A DNA stretch of 64,000 nt from Octopus vulgaris (lineage: Eukaryota). The translations under genes and the position numbers were made by a program. The DNA lies in assembly GCA_951406725.2 (NCBI GenBank), contig OX597828.1, positions 18,104,001-18,168,000 on the forward strand, written 5' to 3'. A model generated the notes under the pieces. It saw nothing but the letters and a program-made list of their open reading frames with translations. It was not told where the DNA came from and ran no database searches. Positions 52,222 to 64,000 of this stretch are shown piece after piece; the first letter of the stretch is position 1; every line of letters begins with the position of its first letter.

Positions 52222-52926
52222 GTAGGTAGGTAGGTAGGTAGGTAGGTAGGTAGGTAGGTAGGTAGGTAGGTAGGTAGGTAGGAGGTAGGTAGGTATGTAG
52301 GTAGGTAGGTAGGCAGACAGGCAGGCAGGTATGCGTCCACGACTACATTAACTCGGGCTTCTACGCTTGCAACAATTCAATGAAATGAAAGACGAGGAGA
52401 TTCAGCCGCTATTTCTAGCAACCAGCGTAACAGGCTCGTTATTTCAGCTTGTTCGTAGTATCACACTGGGGCAACATGCCCTGCAGTTTGTTGTTGCTGT
52501 TGATGATTTTAGTAGTGGTGATGTTTAGTTTCGCAGAACTATGAGAAGAGTCATTCCAGAAGTGACCATCCCATTTTATTTTAAGTCATAGCATGTCTAG
52601 GAATACATTATCCAATGTGTTGTCCCTTCCTTTTAGATCCTAGGGTGTGAATCGAGGTCGGTTTAGCTGCCGTTTCTACAAGGCGTAGAACAATATCCAC
52701 AGGGACAATCTTAGCTTGTTAGACAAAGGGTAGAGAAAGAGAGAGAGGGAAAGGGAGAGAGAGGTGGGAGAAATATATTCATACATACACACATACATTC
52801 ATACTTATGCATTTGTAAATATATACATGTACACAAATATAGATGCAAGCGTACATAATTCTTCCATATCAGCTTTATGCATATGTACACATACATACAA
52901 ACTCGCTTACACATAATAATAATAAT

Positions 52927-52993
<67 letters not shown>

Positions 52994-53041
52994 ATATAAA
53001 TGTATAAACACATATACATACATATATATACATACATATAC

Positions 53042-53110
<69 letters not shown>

Positions 53111-53163
53111 TATAAATATATATATATGGAGAAAAAGAGAGAGAAAGATAGGTAGGAGTATAG

Positions 53164-53233
<70 letters not shown>

Positions 53234-53907
53234 AGGAAAGATAGCAGGGTAGGGAATTGTGTGTAACAATGCAAAAACGAACCTAAATAAATGTTCTGAT
53301 ATATCAAATTGTTTTGTTTTTTTATTTCTTCTTTCAATAATTTTTAGCAAAAGAAATTCCTTCGGGATTGATTTCGCCTTTCAGCCCTTTCAATGGAATA
53401 TTTACAAGGAATCTACAGTGTTGTCTATACAATTGACTGTAACGAACTATTCAAAAGATTTTGAATACTGAAAGAAAGAAAAAAAACTTCTAAATTGCTG
53501 CAATGAGTAAGAAACTTCATAAACAAAGTCTCTAACAATATGCAGGGCGGCGAATTGGTAGAGTCGTTAAGATCCTTTGGGTAGAGTGCCTTACTGTATA
53601 TGTTGCGATTCCCTTGCCTTTTGAGTTCAAATCTCACCGAAGCCGACTCTATTTTCATTGTTGAATCGATCAATAAACAGAATTGGTGTTAATGCTTCTT
53701 TCTCCCCGTGTAATCCAAATCATGTCCTGTAAGTCACTGATTGTGTCACGTTCATTCGATATGCGAATTACATTATGGGATATATGTATGATCGCGAATA
53801 CTCAGCCACTTACAGTCCAGTTTGCCGAGTAGGAATTCAATAGTCTGGATAAGGAGTTATGGACTCTTTGTTAACACCAGCGGAAAATCCACTAATAATA
53901 TACATTC

Positions 53908-54280
<373 letters not shown>

Positions 54281-54371
54281 CGTTTCAACTCAGTGTACGC
54301 AACCCTTCACTTACAAAGTCTTTAAAACACCAGTACCAATCAGATTCCTTCATAGCAACCTCTGCACTCCG

Positions 54372-54572
54372 TAGGCTTAGTGGTCAGAGTGTTGGACTGA
54401 TGATCGTAAGATAGTGGTTTCGACTCCTGCACCGGACCACTCAGCCGGAAAAAGTGACCAACGCTGCGATGGACTAGCGTCCCTTACAGGTGGGGAATTC
54501 ATACACCATGAAACCGGGAAATTGGCCTTTATGAGTCAGAATGACTTGAAAAGGTAACCTTACCTTTTACTT
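54372..54572 (+). mobile_element. Degenerate tRNA-head SINE with V-domain-like segment
   Basis: GGCTTAGTGG, GGTTTCGACTCC, CTGCGATGGACTAGCGTCCC, GAAACCGGGAAA..GGCC.TTATGAG. Confidence 0.65.
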
Positions 54573-56070
54573 TACAAAGGTAGGAAAGGCTGTGCTCATA
54601 TCCGTTACAGTTCGTCCAAGACTGATACGAGAGAGAGAGGAGCGTATCGTCAAACTGGAAAGTGACTCGAATGCTTATATCCAGGTGGGCCCTAAGCGCC
54701 AGGCAGCTGTAAGGCCTACAATACAAGTAAGCTCTGGTGAGATGTGAACTTAGAACGCAGAGGGGCGAAGCAAATACCGTAAGGCATCCGGTCCAATGGC
54801 GTCACAGTTCCGTCTCACAAATCCACTTTAAAGCAGTGTTTTACCTACTCTCCGACGATGAAAAAATGAACGATGAAATCTCGAGTCCGGGATTTGAACT
54901 CCTAGCGCAAAGAAGTCAGAACAAGTACCACGAAGCGTTCTGTCCGACGCTGCATGGCCTCTACCAATGCATCGATGTGTGTGAACCCGACCAGCTGTAT
55001 GAAACATTCATGTGGCAAAGAAAATATCCCTTGAAGTTTTAGCCTTCCTTCGCGCAGTCGCTACAGTTTACAGCCCTATTACGCTGCATTTCATTTTCAT
55101 GCATCGTATCAACACTAACGACGGTGAACAGTGGTGGTGGTAGTGGCGTTGGCAGTGGTGGCTGTGCCTGTGCTGTTGGTGATGCAGGTGATGGTGGTGG
55201 TGGTGCAGGTTGTGCAGGTGGTGTTGGTGGTGCGAGTTGATTCTATACAGTTATTCTAGCTGTAGGTGATTAATGCCCGTGCACTCCATGCTTCATTAAA
55301 TCTTAATGGTTTCAGATATTATTATATCTTCGTACCACCACCACCACCACCATCACCACTGCCATCATCATCACCACTATTCGCCGCCATCCTCCTCCTC
55401 CTCCTCTTCCTCATCATCATCATCATTATCAGCATCAGCCATCTCCATATTGAATAGTTTCCGAGGATATGCTTAAGAAAAATGTATTTCTGATGATGGC
55501 AAAACCCAATTATTGATGTGAGCAATTTAATAGTAAATACGTATAGTTTGTAAGTAACGCATGTTTAAGCCCTTTTGCCAGCAGTCATTCGGATTTCTGT
55601 GATCACGCAACGCCGTCTTGAAATTCATCAATTTTAAAACATATGCGTTCGGGATGAAAGTACATACTTAAGAGAGAAGTCGATATCTGTTAGACGTGAT
55701 GTTACTGGGTTATTGTTATTATTATTATTATTATTATTATTTTCCCCATCATAGACTGTTTATTATTGTATAATTGTTTGTCGAATTAAATCCATATTAA
55801 CGGCACAATGAACAAACATAGTATCTCAATATTGAATTATATGTTGGTAGGCTAAAATGGCTACGAAAATAATACACAACACAATAAAAGCAAACACAAA
55901 AACAGAAAGAAAATACGTAGGATATATAACCAATGGAAGAGCACTCACACGCACATATTCATATATACATTTCTTTATTGCCCACATACATACACGTATA
56001 TTTGCTAGCATAAGTCAGTTATCATTTTCCTAGGAAAATTCCATCATCAGTCGGGATGACTCTACGAATA

Positions 56071-56159
<89 letters not shown>

Positions 56160-56195
56160 CATACATATATATATATATGTTTGTATGTATGTATA

Positions 56196-56273
<78 letters not shown>

Positions 56274-57669
56274 TATATTAAAATCAGGCTTTCTCTCTCT
56301 TCTTTCTCTTATGCCTTGTTTTGCTTCAGTTTGAAGAATGTAGCTGTGAACTGAGGGAGAATTATCTGCTATTTCTAGCAAGTTGTGAGAACAAAAGATG
56401 GTGAGTCGTTGATCCAGAAATAGAAAGAAATGGACAACGAACTAAATATAACACAATTGGTTATCTGCTGGGATACTGTATATGCTGGCGTATATAAAAT
56501 AACTTACTAACAATAAAAATGTCTCCCTCCAAAAATGGGTTCGTCTTATACTCCAATCATTAAATATGAAACTTAAATTCTGTGCTGTGTATACATTATG
56601 AGCATAGGTGACAGATGACGATAGATGGACCCTCAACGTGCCAACTAATGTCACGTCCTATATGTCTACGGTTTCCTTATCATTATACTTTTGTGTTCAT
56701 GAAGATATGGGTGTTATTTCTCGCAATCAAAACTCGAATAAATTTTCTCTCGTTGGTTTGTGATTAAATACTAAGAATTGCGTGACAGGTATCACACTAA
56801 TGGTTTAGCGACAGATGTAACATCTAAAGACTATAAACCCAGTTTTGTTCTTATGTAAAAACGCCATTTCTTTATCATATCCAAATCGACTATAAGTCCT
56901 TTGATTTTGTTTTCAACATAAGAGGCGAATTAACAAAGTCATTAGAGCAACGGACGAAATTCTTAGTGTTATTTCTTATTCCGGTTCTTGTGTTCTCATT
57001 ATACCAAGATGAACTAAGAATTTCATCTATTTGGGATTGATAAATAAATTACCACGTAAGGAATCTGGACTAGTGAAATACTTAGAGCTTCTGATAGAAC
57101 GGCTTCCACTGTCTCTTCCAGATCATTGCGGTCTGAGTTCAAATCACACGTAGCTTAATTGTATTGTTGATTGTGTGGTTGACTTCTTTGGTGCTTTTCA
57201 CCAAGTTAGATATATTGCAGATCCACTTTGACCAGGCCACAGGTTGAGGATATCTTCTTACCTCCGTCCAAATCACCGGTCTCGAGACTGCTGGAAAGGT
57301 TTCGGGGCAGTGCCCATCTTCTTGACAAAGACACAAAAAATAAATCAAACATTTAGTGATCACAAGTGATATATTTGGAATTGATATTGTTATTGTTGTT
57401 ATTACTGTGCAGCCTCAAGGATCTAATCACGATCTAATATGAGATCAAAACCGAAAATCTTTACACTCATTAAATCCCAGCCGTTTCCACAATACTGCAG
57501 ACTCTAAGAACTTATATATATATAAGAATAACACCTGTTTAGAATAACACCTGCGCATTTTTTTATAAACCAAACATTCAAAAGAGATATTTCAGGAATT
57601 CAACAATTACTACTACATCCACAGCGGGCAGTTGACCATTTGACATACTACTGTTATGGCACTCCCACA

Positions 57670-57846
57670 TTCTTCTTCTTTTTCTCCTTTTTCTTCCCCT
57701 TTTTTTTCCTCTTCTTCTTCATTTTCTTCTTCTTCATTTTCTTCTTCTTCTTCTTCTTCTTCTTCTTCTTCTTCTTCTTCTTCTTCTTCTTCTTCTTCTT
57801 CTTCTTCTTCTTCTTCTTCTTCTTCTTCTTCTTCTTCTTCTTCTTC
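57670..57846. repeat. (CTT)n microsatellite
   Basis: Direct inspection. Confidence 0.97.
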
Positions 57847-58094
57847 GTTATCCAAGAATTCACAACGACCTCGAACCCACAAGAGTAAACAAGATAGACA
57901 GAGACAGGCAGAAACAAGGAAAATGCCGCTTGTATTTGAACACTATGCAAATATTCCTTTAAAAAAACTTTTCTTTAAATTTTTCCAAAATTTGTTTTCC
58001 ATACTTACAGTTGAAAAAGTCTCAATGACTGAAACCGGTACTGAAATGTTTTTTATAAAATTATTTTAGCATTTTCTATCTTGACTTTTTTCCA

Positions 58095-58137
<43 letters not shown>

Positions 58138-58532
58138 TAGGGCCTCACATCGAGACTGTTGAAGAGAGAGTAAGCTACCTTAAAGTGAGAAACCTGATCC
58201 GAATGCTTGCAGCATCATGGTCTCAATTAAAGGGAAACACAGTTCCGGGTGGTGATGCTACGCTAGGTACGACGTGTGTCAGTCACACTTAATCTCAGAA
58301 TGCTATGAGCCGGAAGAAATAGCACCAATCAAGTCTTGCATTTTTATGTACTCATCGACTCCACCGAAAGAGAAATTTGATCTCAAAGAGATTTGAACGC
58401 AAAGTGCGATGAGTTGGAAGAAGTAGTGCGAATCCTTCTATCGGAAATCTCTAAAGGGTAAGGGGTAAAGCTATAACGACTCTAATAATTCGCTCCTACT
58501 TTGTATATATGATATATATAGACGTGTATTAA

Positions 58533-58740
58533 GTCAGCGGACTCGCAGAATCGTAAGCTGACGGGTCAAAATCATCAGCGGCATTTCGTCCGTCTTTACG
58601 TTCTGATTTCAAGTTCCGCCCATGTCGACTTTGCCTTTCATCCTTTCGGGGTCAATAAACAAGTACCAGTTGAAAACTGGGGTCGATGTAATCGACTCGC
58701 CCCTTTTCCCCAAATTACTAGCCTCGTGTCAAAATTTTAA
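58533..58740 (+). mobile_element. SINE family A monomer
   Basis: GTCGACTTTGCCTTTCATCCTTTCGGGGTCAATAAA...CTGGGGTCGATGTAATCGACT. Confidence 0.85.
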
Positions 58741-58758
58741 ACATATACATACGTAATA

Positions 58759-59061
58759 TGAGGAGGCAAATGGCCTAGTGGTTAAGCCACGGACTCGCGG
58801 TCGAGGGTCCGCGGGTTCGAATATCAGACCGGGTGATGTGTGTGTCTATGAGCGAAACGCCTAAGCTCCACGCGGCTCCGGCAAAAGGGGATGGCTAACT
58901 TCTGCTGACTCTTTCGCCACAAATTTCTCTCACTCTTTCCTCCTGCATCTTGCAGCTCACCTGCGACGGACCGGCGTCCCCTCCAGGTGGGGAACCTATA
59001 CGCCAAGGAAACCAGGAAACCGGCCCTTATGAGCCAGGCGTAGCTCGAGAAGAAACAAACA
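58759..59061 (+). mobile_element. SINE family B head with V-domain-like tail and 12-bp TSD
   Basis: A box TGGCCTAGTGG, B box GGTTCGAAT; CCTGCGACGGACCGGCGTCCC.TCCAGG; TSD ACATACGTAATA at 58747-58 and 59062-73. Confidence 0.9.
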
Positions 59062-59360
59062 ACATACGTAATACACACACACACACACATATATACTATC
59101 CATACATTCACACATGCGCTCGCACACACATATCATATATTATATATATAGTTTGTTTATATATGTATACAATGTATGTATAATATATAATACATAATAT
59201 CATTTTATATTATATTATATATTACATTATATTATATATATTCTTTTAATTTGTTTTCTTTTATTTGTTAGAGTTACTGGACCGCAAACATTCACCGACG
59301 CCATGTCTTTTGGGTTTTTGTAATCATATCCAGCCACGTATTTACATTGAAGTCAGGTCG

Positions 59361-59391
59361 TTTATTATTATTATAATCATTATTATTATTA

Positions 59392-59467
<76 letters not shown>

Positions 59468-59482
59468 CATCATCATCATCAT
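59361..59482. repeat. (TTA)n/(TCA)n microsatellite
   Basis: Direct inspection. Confidence 0.97.
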
Positions 59483-60164
59483 TCTCGCGCATAGAATCGA
59501 AGTAACGGAACCATCTATGCGATTGCACGATCTGCTAAAAAATCTCCCTTAAATAATAGACGTCATACAAAAAAAAAAAAAGGGAAAAACTGTTTGGATT
59601 ATATAGACCTAGATACAGTGTGTTGTCTATCACATAAAGAAAACCTATATGATTATTGAAATATACTGGAAAGATCTTTATTCTAGGTCAGGTAAGGCTA
59701 AATAGCAGCAGCAGGGACTGCAGCAATAGAAAAGGTTTGTGTATCGTATACATAGACTATACTATTGAAAAAGACTTTCGCCTTCTTTGCATATGTAAGT
59801 AAATTTATCGCTTTTGCGATACATATAAATTCTTGCCGTGGTTTAAAGTGTCAATGTAATAATGGAATTGTATATTCTCGTGTAGCGCGGTCATGTAGAC
59901 GGGCAAGATTATGCTAAGCCACGATCAGAGATTGAAAAGGAGTTGCTAACATGACATAGAGTGACATATTTAAATACATGTATATATGTGTATGTGTGTG
60001 TGTAGGTATGTATATGTATATACATCTGTTCGTGTGCCTGTGTACATATATACACACATATATAGATATATATATATATAGCAGAGTAAACATAAATTTG
60101 AAACAAGGTGAGAAAAATTGTACTCCAATACTGGAGGTAGAGTAATATGCTTTATTATTTATAT

Positions 60165-60535
60165 TTTTATTACCCACACAATAAACATAGAGGGGACAGA
60201 CAAGGGCAGACAAAGGGATTAAGACGGTTACATCAGTGCATAACTGGTACTTAGTTAATCGACTCCGAAACAAGGAAAGGCAAAGTCGACCTTGGCAGAA
60301 TTTGAACTCAGAACGTAACTGCAGACAAAATACCTATTTCTTTACAACCCACAGTGGGCTAAACATAGAGTGGACAAACAAGGACAAACAAACGGATTAA
60401 GTCGGTTACATCGACCCCAGTGCGTAACTGGTACTTATTTAATCGACACCCCGGAAGGATGAAAGGCAAAGTCGACCTCGATGGAATTTGAACTCAGAAC
60501 GTAGCGGCAGACGAAATACCACTAAGCATTTCGCT
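60165..60535 (-). mobile_element. SINE family A, dimeric, head truncated
   Basis: Two reverse-strand bodies (GAAAGGCAAAGTCGACCT, GAATTTGAACTCAGAACGTA). Confidence 0.88.
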
Positions 60536-60834
60536 GAAACAAATAAAAAAGGAAAAAAAAGATTATCATGTAAACTACATTAGCTTACAGTGGTTTCTGC
60601 TATAAGAAGCAGTGGGATAATAGTTCAATGCCTGAGTAACACCTTATATCTTCATCGGAGCCTCAAATATGAAGTATTTATATTCATATTCGAGGCTCCG
60701 GATTCTAGAATCTTCAGATCAGCAGAAGATCATGGTGAGTCAAATGCTTCAACGCTATCCATCTATATCCGCATTGATTTGTAAATGTATGGTCGTATTG
60801 TGCAATGTATGGTATGCATATTGGTGCATATTAT

Positions 60835-61566
60835 TGTGTGTTAAAGTGCTTGCTTCCCAAACATATGGTTCCGGGTTCAAGTAAAAAGTAAAGACCCCCT
60901 TCGGTCATGAATGACCATGGGATTGCACCTAGAAAGTTACCTTCCTAGATACAAGTCCGGGCAAGGTTGTTTATGGAAGGCCAGCAGTCGCCCATGCATA
61001 CCAGCCTCCCCCCTCCACGCCACCAGTGTTATCCAAGGGAAAGACAAAGGTCGATACAGCTTGGCACCAGTGACGTCGCAACTCATTTCTACAGCTGAGT
61101 GAACTGGAGCAACGTGAAATAAAGTGCCTTGCTCGAGAACACAACACGCAGCCCGGTCCGGGATTCGAGCTCACAACCTCACGATCGTAAGCTCGACGCT
61201 CTAACCACTGAGCCATGGTTCAGTAAGTGTCTTTTACTATAGCCTCGAGGCGACCGAAGCCTTGTAAGTGGATTTGTTAGACGGAAATTGAAAGAAGCCC
61301 GTCATATGTATGTGTGTGTCTGTGTGTGTGTATGTGTGTGTGTGTGCGTGTGGGTGTTTGCCCCCCCCCCGGACCATCGCTTAACAACCGATGCTAGCGT
61401 GCTTAGGTCCCCGTAACTTAGCAGTGCGGCAAAACAGACCGATAGAATCAGTACTAGGCTTACAAAGAATAAGTCCTACACTCGATCGCTTCGACTAAAA
61501 AGTCTTTAATGCAACACTCTAACATTGCCGCAGTCAAATGACTGAAACGAATAAAAGAATAAAAGA
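60835..61566 (+). mobile_element. SINE family C interrupted by a family D SINE
   Basis: Head at 60835-60879; resumes at about 61217 with AAGTGTCTT.TACTATAGCCTCG. Confidence 0.85.
60880..61216 (-). mobile_element. SINE family D: tRNA(Arg-ACG)-like head, CORE-like body, RTE-like tail
   Basis: Minus strand: TGGCTCAGTGGTTAGAGCGTCGAGCTTACGATCGTGAGG..GAGCTCGAATCCC; GAGCAAGGCACTTTATTTCACG..CTCAGCTGTAGAAATGAGT; tail CCATGGTCATTCATGACCGAAGGGGG followed by TTTAC repeats; GGTTCA on both flanks. Confidence 0.85.
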
Positions 61567-61725
61567 TTATAAAAAAAATACACTGAGATTATTAATGATG
61601 AAGGCTGCCAAGCTGCCGCAATTCTTCAAATATTAAAGGTTTAAAGAACTATATTCGTCTCTTATACCTCCTGAAGCTTCTTGATCTATTTACTCCGCAT
61701 TAGATCACACCATAGATTGGATCTC

Positions 61726-62164
61726 GGATCATTTGGGTTTGAACGGCAGTTTTTTAAAATAATTTCCACATAACTAAACACTTTTAAACTTCGTATACTG
61801 GTAGAATGTGTTTCTATAACATCTTTTTCTCTTGGCTTTTTTGAGAAAATTCTATGGTTTGTAAGATATCTGTTGTTGTTTTTCTGCAATTTCTGCAATT
61901 TCAACCAAACAATGAGGTCTATTGAGGTGAAAACATTCTGTGCCGTATGAATTTGTCCCTCGTTTAAGAAACAGATTGGGTTTATTTACATTTCTGAAGA
62001 AAAAAAGATACCCTTCCCCCCACCCCTAACCCTAACCCTAACCCTAACTAACCCTAACCCTAAAACGGATTGAAATGCAATAGATCAATAACAGGGTCAT
62101 AATCATGGGTGACAATTTCATATGACACCGCTAGAAAAAACTGCCGTTCAAACTGAAAAGATCC
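61726..62164. mobile_element. MITE with GG-terminal TIRs and 8-bp TSD (Merlin-like), containing (CCCTAA)n
   Basis: TIR GGATC.TTT..GTTTGAACGGCAGTTTTTT / AAAAAACTGCCGTTCAAACTGAAAAGATCC; TSD TGGATCTC at 61718-25 and 62165-72. Confidence 0.92.
62024..62063. repeat. Interstitial (CCCTAA)n telomere-type repeat inside the MITE
   Basis: About six CCCTAA units plus one truncated unit. Confidence 0.93.
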
Positions 62165-62289
62165 TGGATCTCCTCGATTTCAGGTGCATCAGACACTACA
62201 TTACAGTATTCCGTATTGGATTACTATGTAGTATAACAGCTGGGTGTCCACAAAAAGAGCTGCATGTGACTGCCACATAATTCTATGAA

Positions 62290-62700
62290 TCTATACATTG
62301 CACTACACGTTCATATATTCGTTAGTCCTACTGTTTTTGTTATGTAGTTATCTGAATAATTTTTTATCGTACCTAATGTGCCCACTATGATAGGAATTGT
62401 TTCTGTTTTTCGGCTTCACTTTCGAATTACCTCTATTTCCAAATCTTTGTATTCTGAAAGTTTCTCCGTCTCTTTTACATCTGTCGATATTGCTACATCG
62501 ATTAGAAAGCAATTTTTTTTTGACATCTGTTGTATTGATACATCGATTACAAAACAATTTTTTTCTTGTTGATCTCTAACAACTATATCTGGCCTATTCA
62601 TATATATCCATCTATATGTGAATTTTCCCTAAAAGGATTAGTTATACGCTGACCACTGATATAATTCATTAATTTTTGAATGATTATATTCTTTAATTAT
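62290..62700 (-). mobile_element. R4/Dong-like (RLE) LINE 3' fragment
   Basis: NRPDIVVRDQQEKNCFVIDVSI..CFLIDVAISTD.KETEKLSEYKDLEIEVIRK..KTETIPIIVGTLGTIK; PD motif intact; short internal duplication. Confidence 0.85.
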
Positions 62701-63080
62701 GTTTAGATCTATCTCATTCACTTCCGGACATTTTATTTACTTCTGTACTATTCTGACCAAATACACACATGGACTACGAAATTCGATTCGTATATATTTA
62801 TTGATATTTATCTGTACTCGCATTTATGCGAGTGAATTTATATAGGTATGAATACATATCTTCATTTATCAAGCTCGGTATATTCAACAGAGTTATTATA
62901 CTTATCCAGAAATTGATCAATCTAGGATTATCCGAATTATTTTGTAAATTTTTGGTTTGTCCATTTTTCCCGCTTTCAACCTGTGTATATTGAAGTGAAT
63001 ATTGTAATGTTTGGACGTATTTGGCGTCTTTTATCTGGCATACAGGTACAAAGGCTTCTTTGTCCTTAATTATAATTTTA

Positions 63081-63467
63081 TCTCTCTATATATAAACGGC
63101 AGTTTGTCTGTCTGCGTGTCTGTGTGTCTGTTAGGTTGTACCCTCACCCTGACCACGGCTTTCAACCGATTCTGATGAAACTTGACACACACATAGCCCA
63201 ATGTCATAATTCAAAACTAACGCAGCGAAAATTTTGAAAAGTTAACGCCAGTTCTGAAAAAATCGATAAATTCGACATGGGGTCGAGAATCAAAAAAAAC
63301 AAACCACAGACTGTCTAGGGGACGCAACTCAACCTTTTTTTACTCTCAAAAAAAAATTTACCATAATTTTTTTTCCATTTTTTTGCTATTTTTTGGCTAT
63401 AACTCTCTAAAAATGCTTTATAGTTATTTCCCTTACAAACCTGAGCAACGCCGGGCGATACTGCTAG
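63081..63467 (+). mobile_element. Non-autonomous Helitron
   Basis: A|TC 5' end (TCTCTCTATATATAAA), internal GTCT/GTGT repeats, 3' hairpin CCTGAGCAACGCCGGG then CTAG|T; no TSD. Confidence 0.85.
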
Positions 63468-63595
63468 TTCTATATAATTACCTATCTATCTATTTATCTT
63501 TCTCTCTCACACTCTCTCACTCTCTCTCTCTCTCACTCTCTCACTCTCTCTCTCTCTCTCTCTCTCTCTAAATTTATATATATATACATATATAT

Positions 63596-64000
63596 ACTCT
63601 TTTACTCTTTTACTTGTTTGAGTCATTTGACTGTGGCCATGATGGAGCACCGCCTTTAATCGAGCAAATCGATCTCACGACTTAATTTTTGGAAGCCAAA
63701 TACTTATTCTATCGGTCTCTTTTGCTGAACCGCTGTGTTACGGGGACGTAAACACACCAGCATCGGTTATCAAGCGATGTTTGGGAGGGGGGACAAACAC
63801 AGACACAAACATATACACACACACATATATATATATATAATATACATATATACGACGGGCTTCTATCAGTTTCCGTCTACCAAAACCACTCACAAGACTT
63901 TATTGGGCCTGAGAAAACATTTGCCCAAGGTGCCACGCAGTGGGACTGTACCCTGAACCATGTGGTTCTTAAGCAAGCTACTTACAACACAGCCACTCTT
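63596..64000 (-). mobile_element. SINE family C, running to the window edge
   Basis: CTCTTTTACTCTTTTACTTGTTT tail through CACAGCCACTC head. Confidence 0.9.

Noticed and set aside
55125-55440. Gly-rich and Pro/His-rich reading frames
   Set aside because: Degenerate (GGT)n and (CCA)n/(TCA)n simple repeats without splice or start context
62024-62063. True telomere or chromosome end
   Set aside because: Short tract internal to a TIR/TSD-bounded MITE
63172-63182. CTGATGAAAC as a hammerhead core
   Set aside because: CTGATGA and GAAA overlap with no helix II or helix I; part of the Helitron-type element body

Overview
AT-rich, repeat-saturated eukaryotic genomic DNA with no supportable intact host protein-coding gene. 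Nearly all listed ORFs are translations of (TA)n, (CA)n, (GATA)n, (CATA)n, (TTA)n or (CTT)n microsatellites or of SINEs. The repeat landscape looks like a coleoid cephalopod, probably Octopus (inference from recalled SINE families and composition, not verified). Contents: several tRNA-derived, modular SINE families in dozens of copies; decayed Tc1, maT-like, mariner and possibly pogo-like DNA transposons; a two-right-end mariner foldback; a GG-terminal 8-bp-TSD MITE carrying (CCCTAA)n; Helitron-type elements; R4/Dong-like (RLE) LINE 3' ends clustered in (TAA)n; an L1/Tx1 3' end; and RTE-derived non-autonomous elements. The most interesting signal is a dispersed set of short, non-coding inserts that sit in or against (TA)n tracts and carry type I hammerhead ribozyme cores with a minimal, self-complementary helix III. 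Two of them are foldback palindromes (about 800 bp and about 100 bp). This best fits non-autonomous Penelope-like (pLTR) or retrozyme-like elements that target TA microsatellites. Family labels A-E are my own working names, and many element boundaries are approximate.
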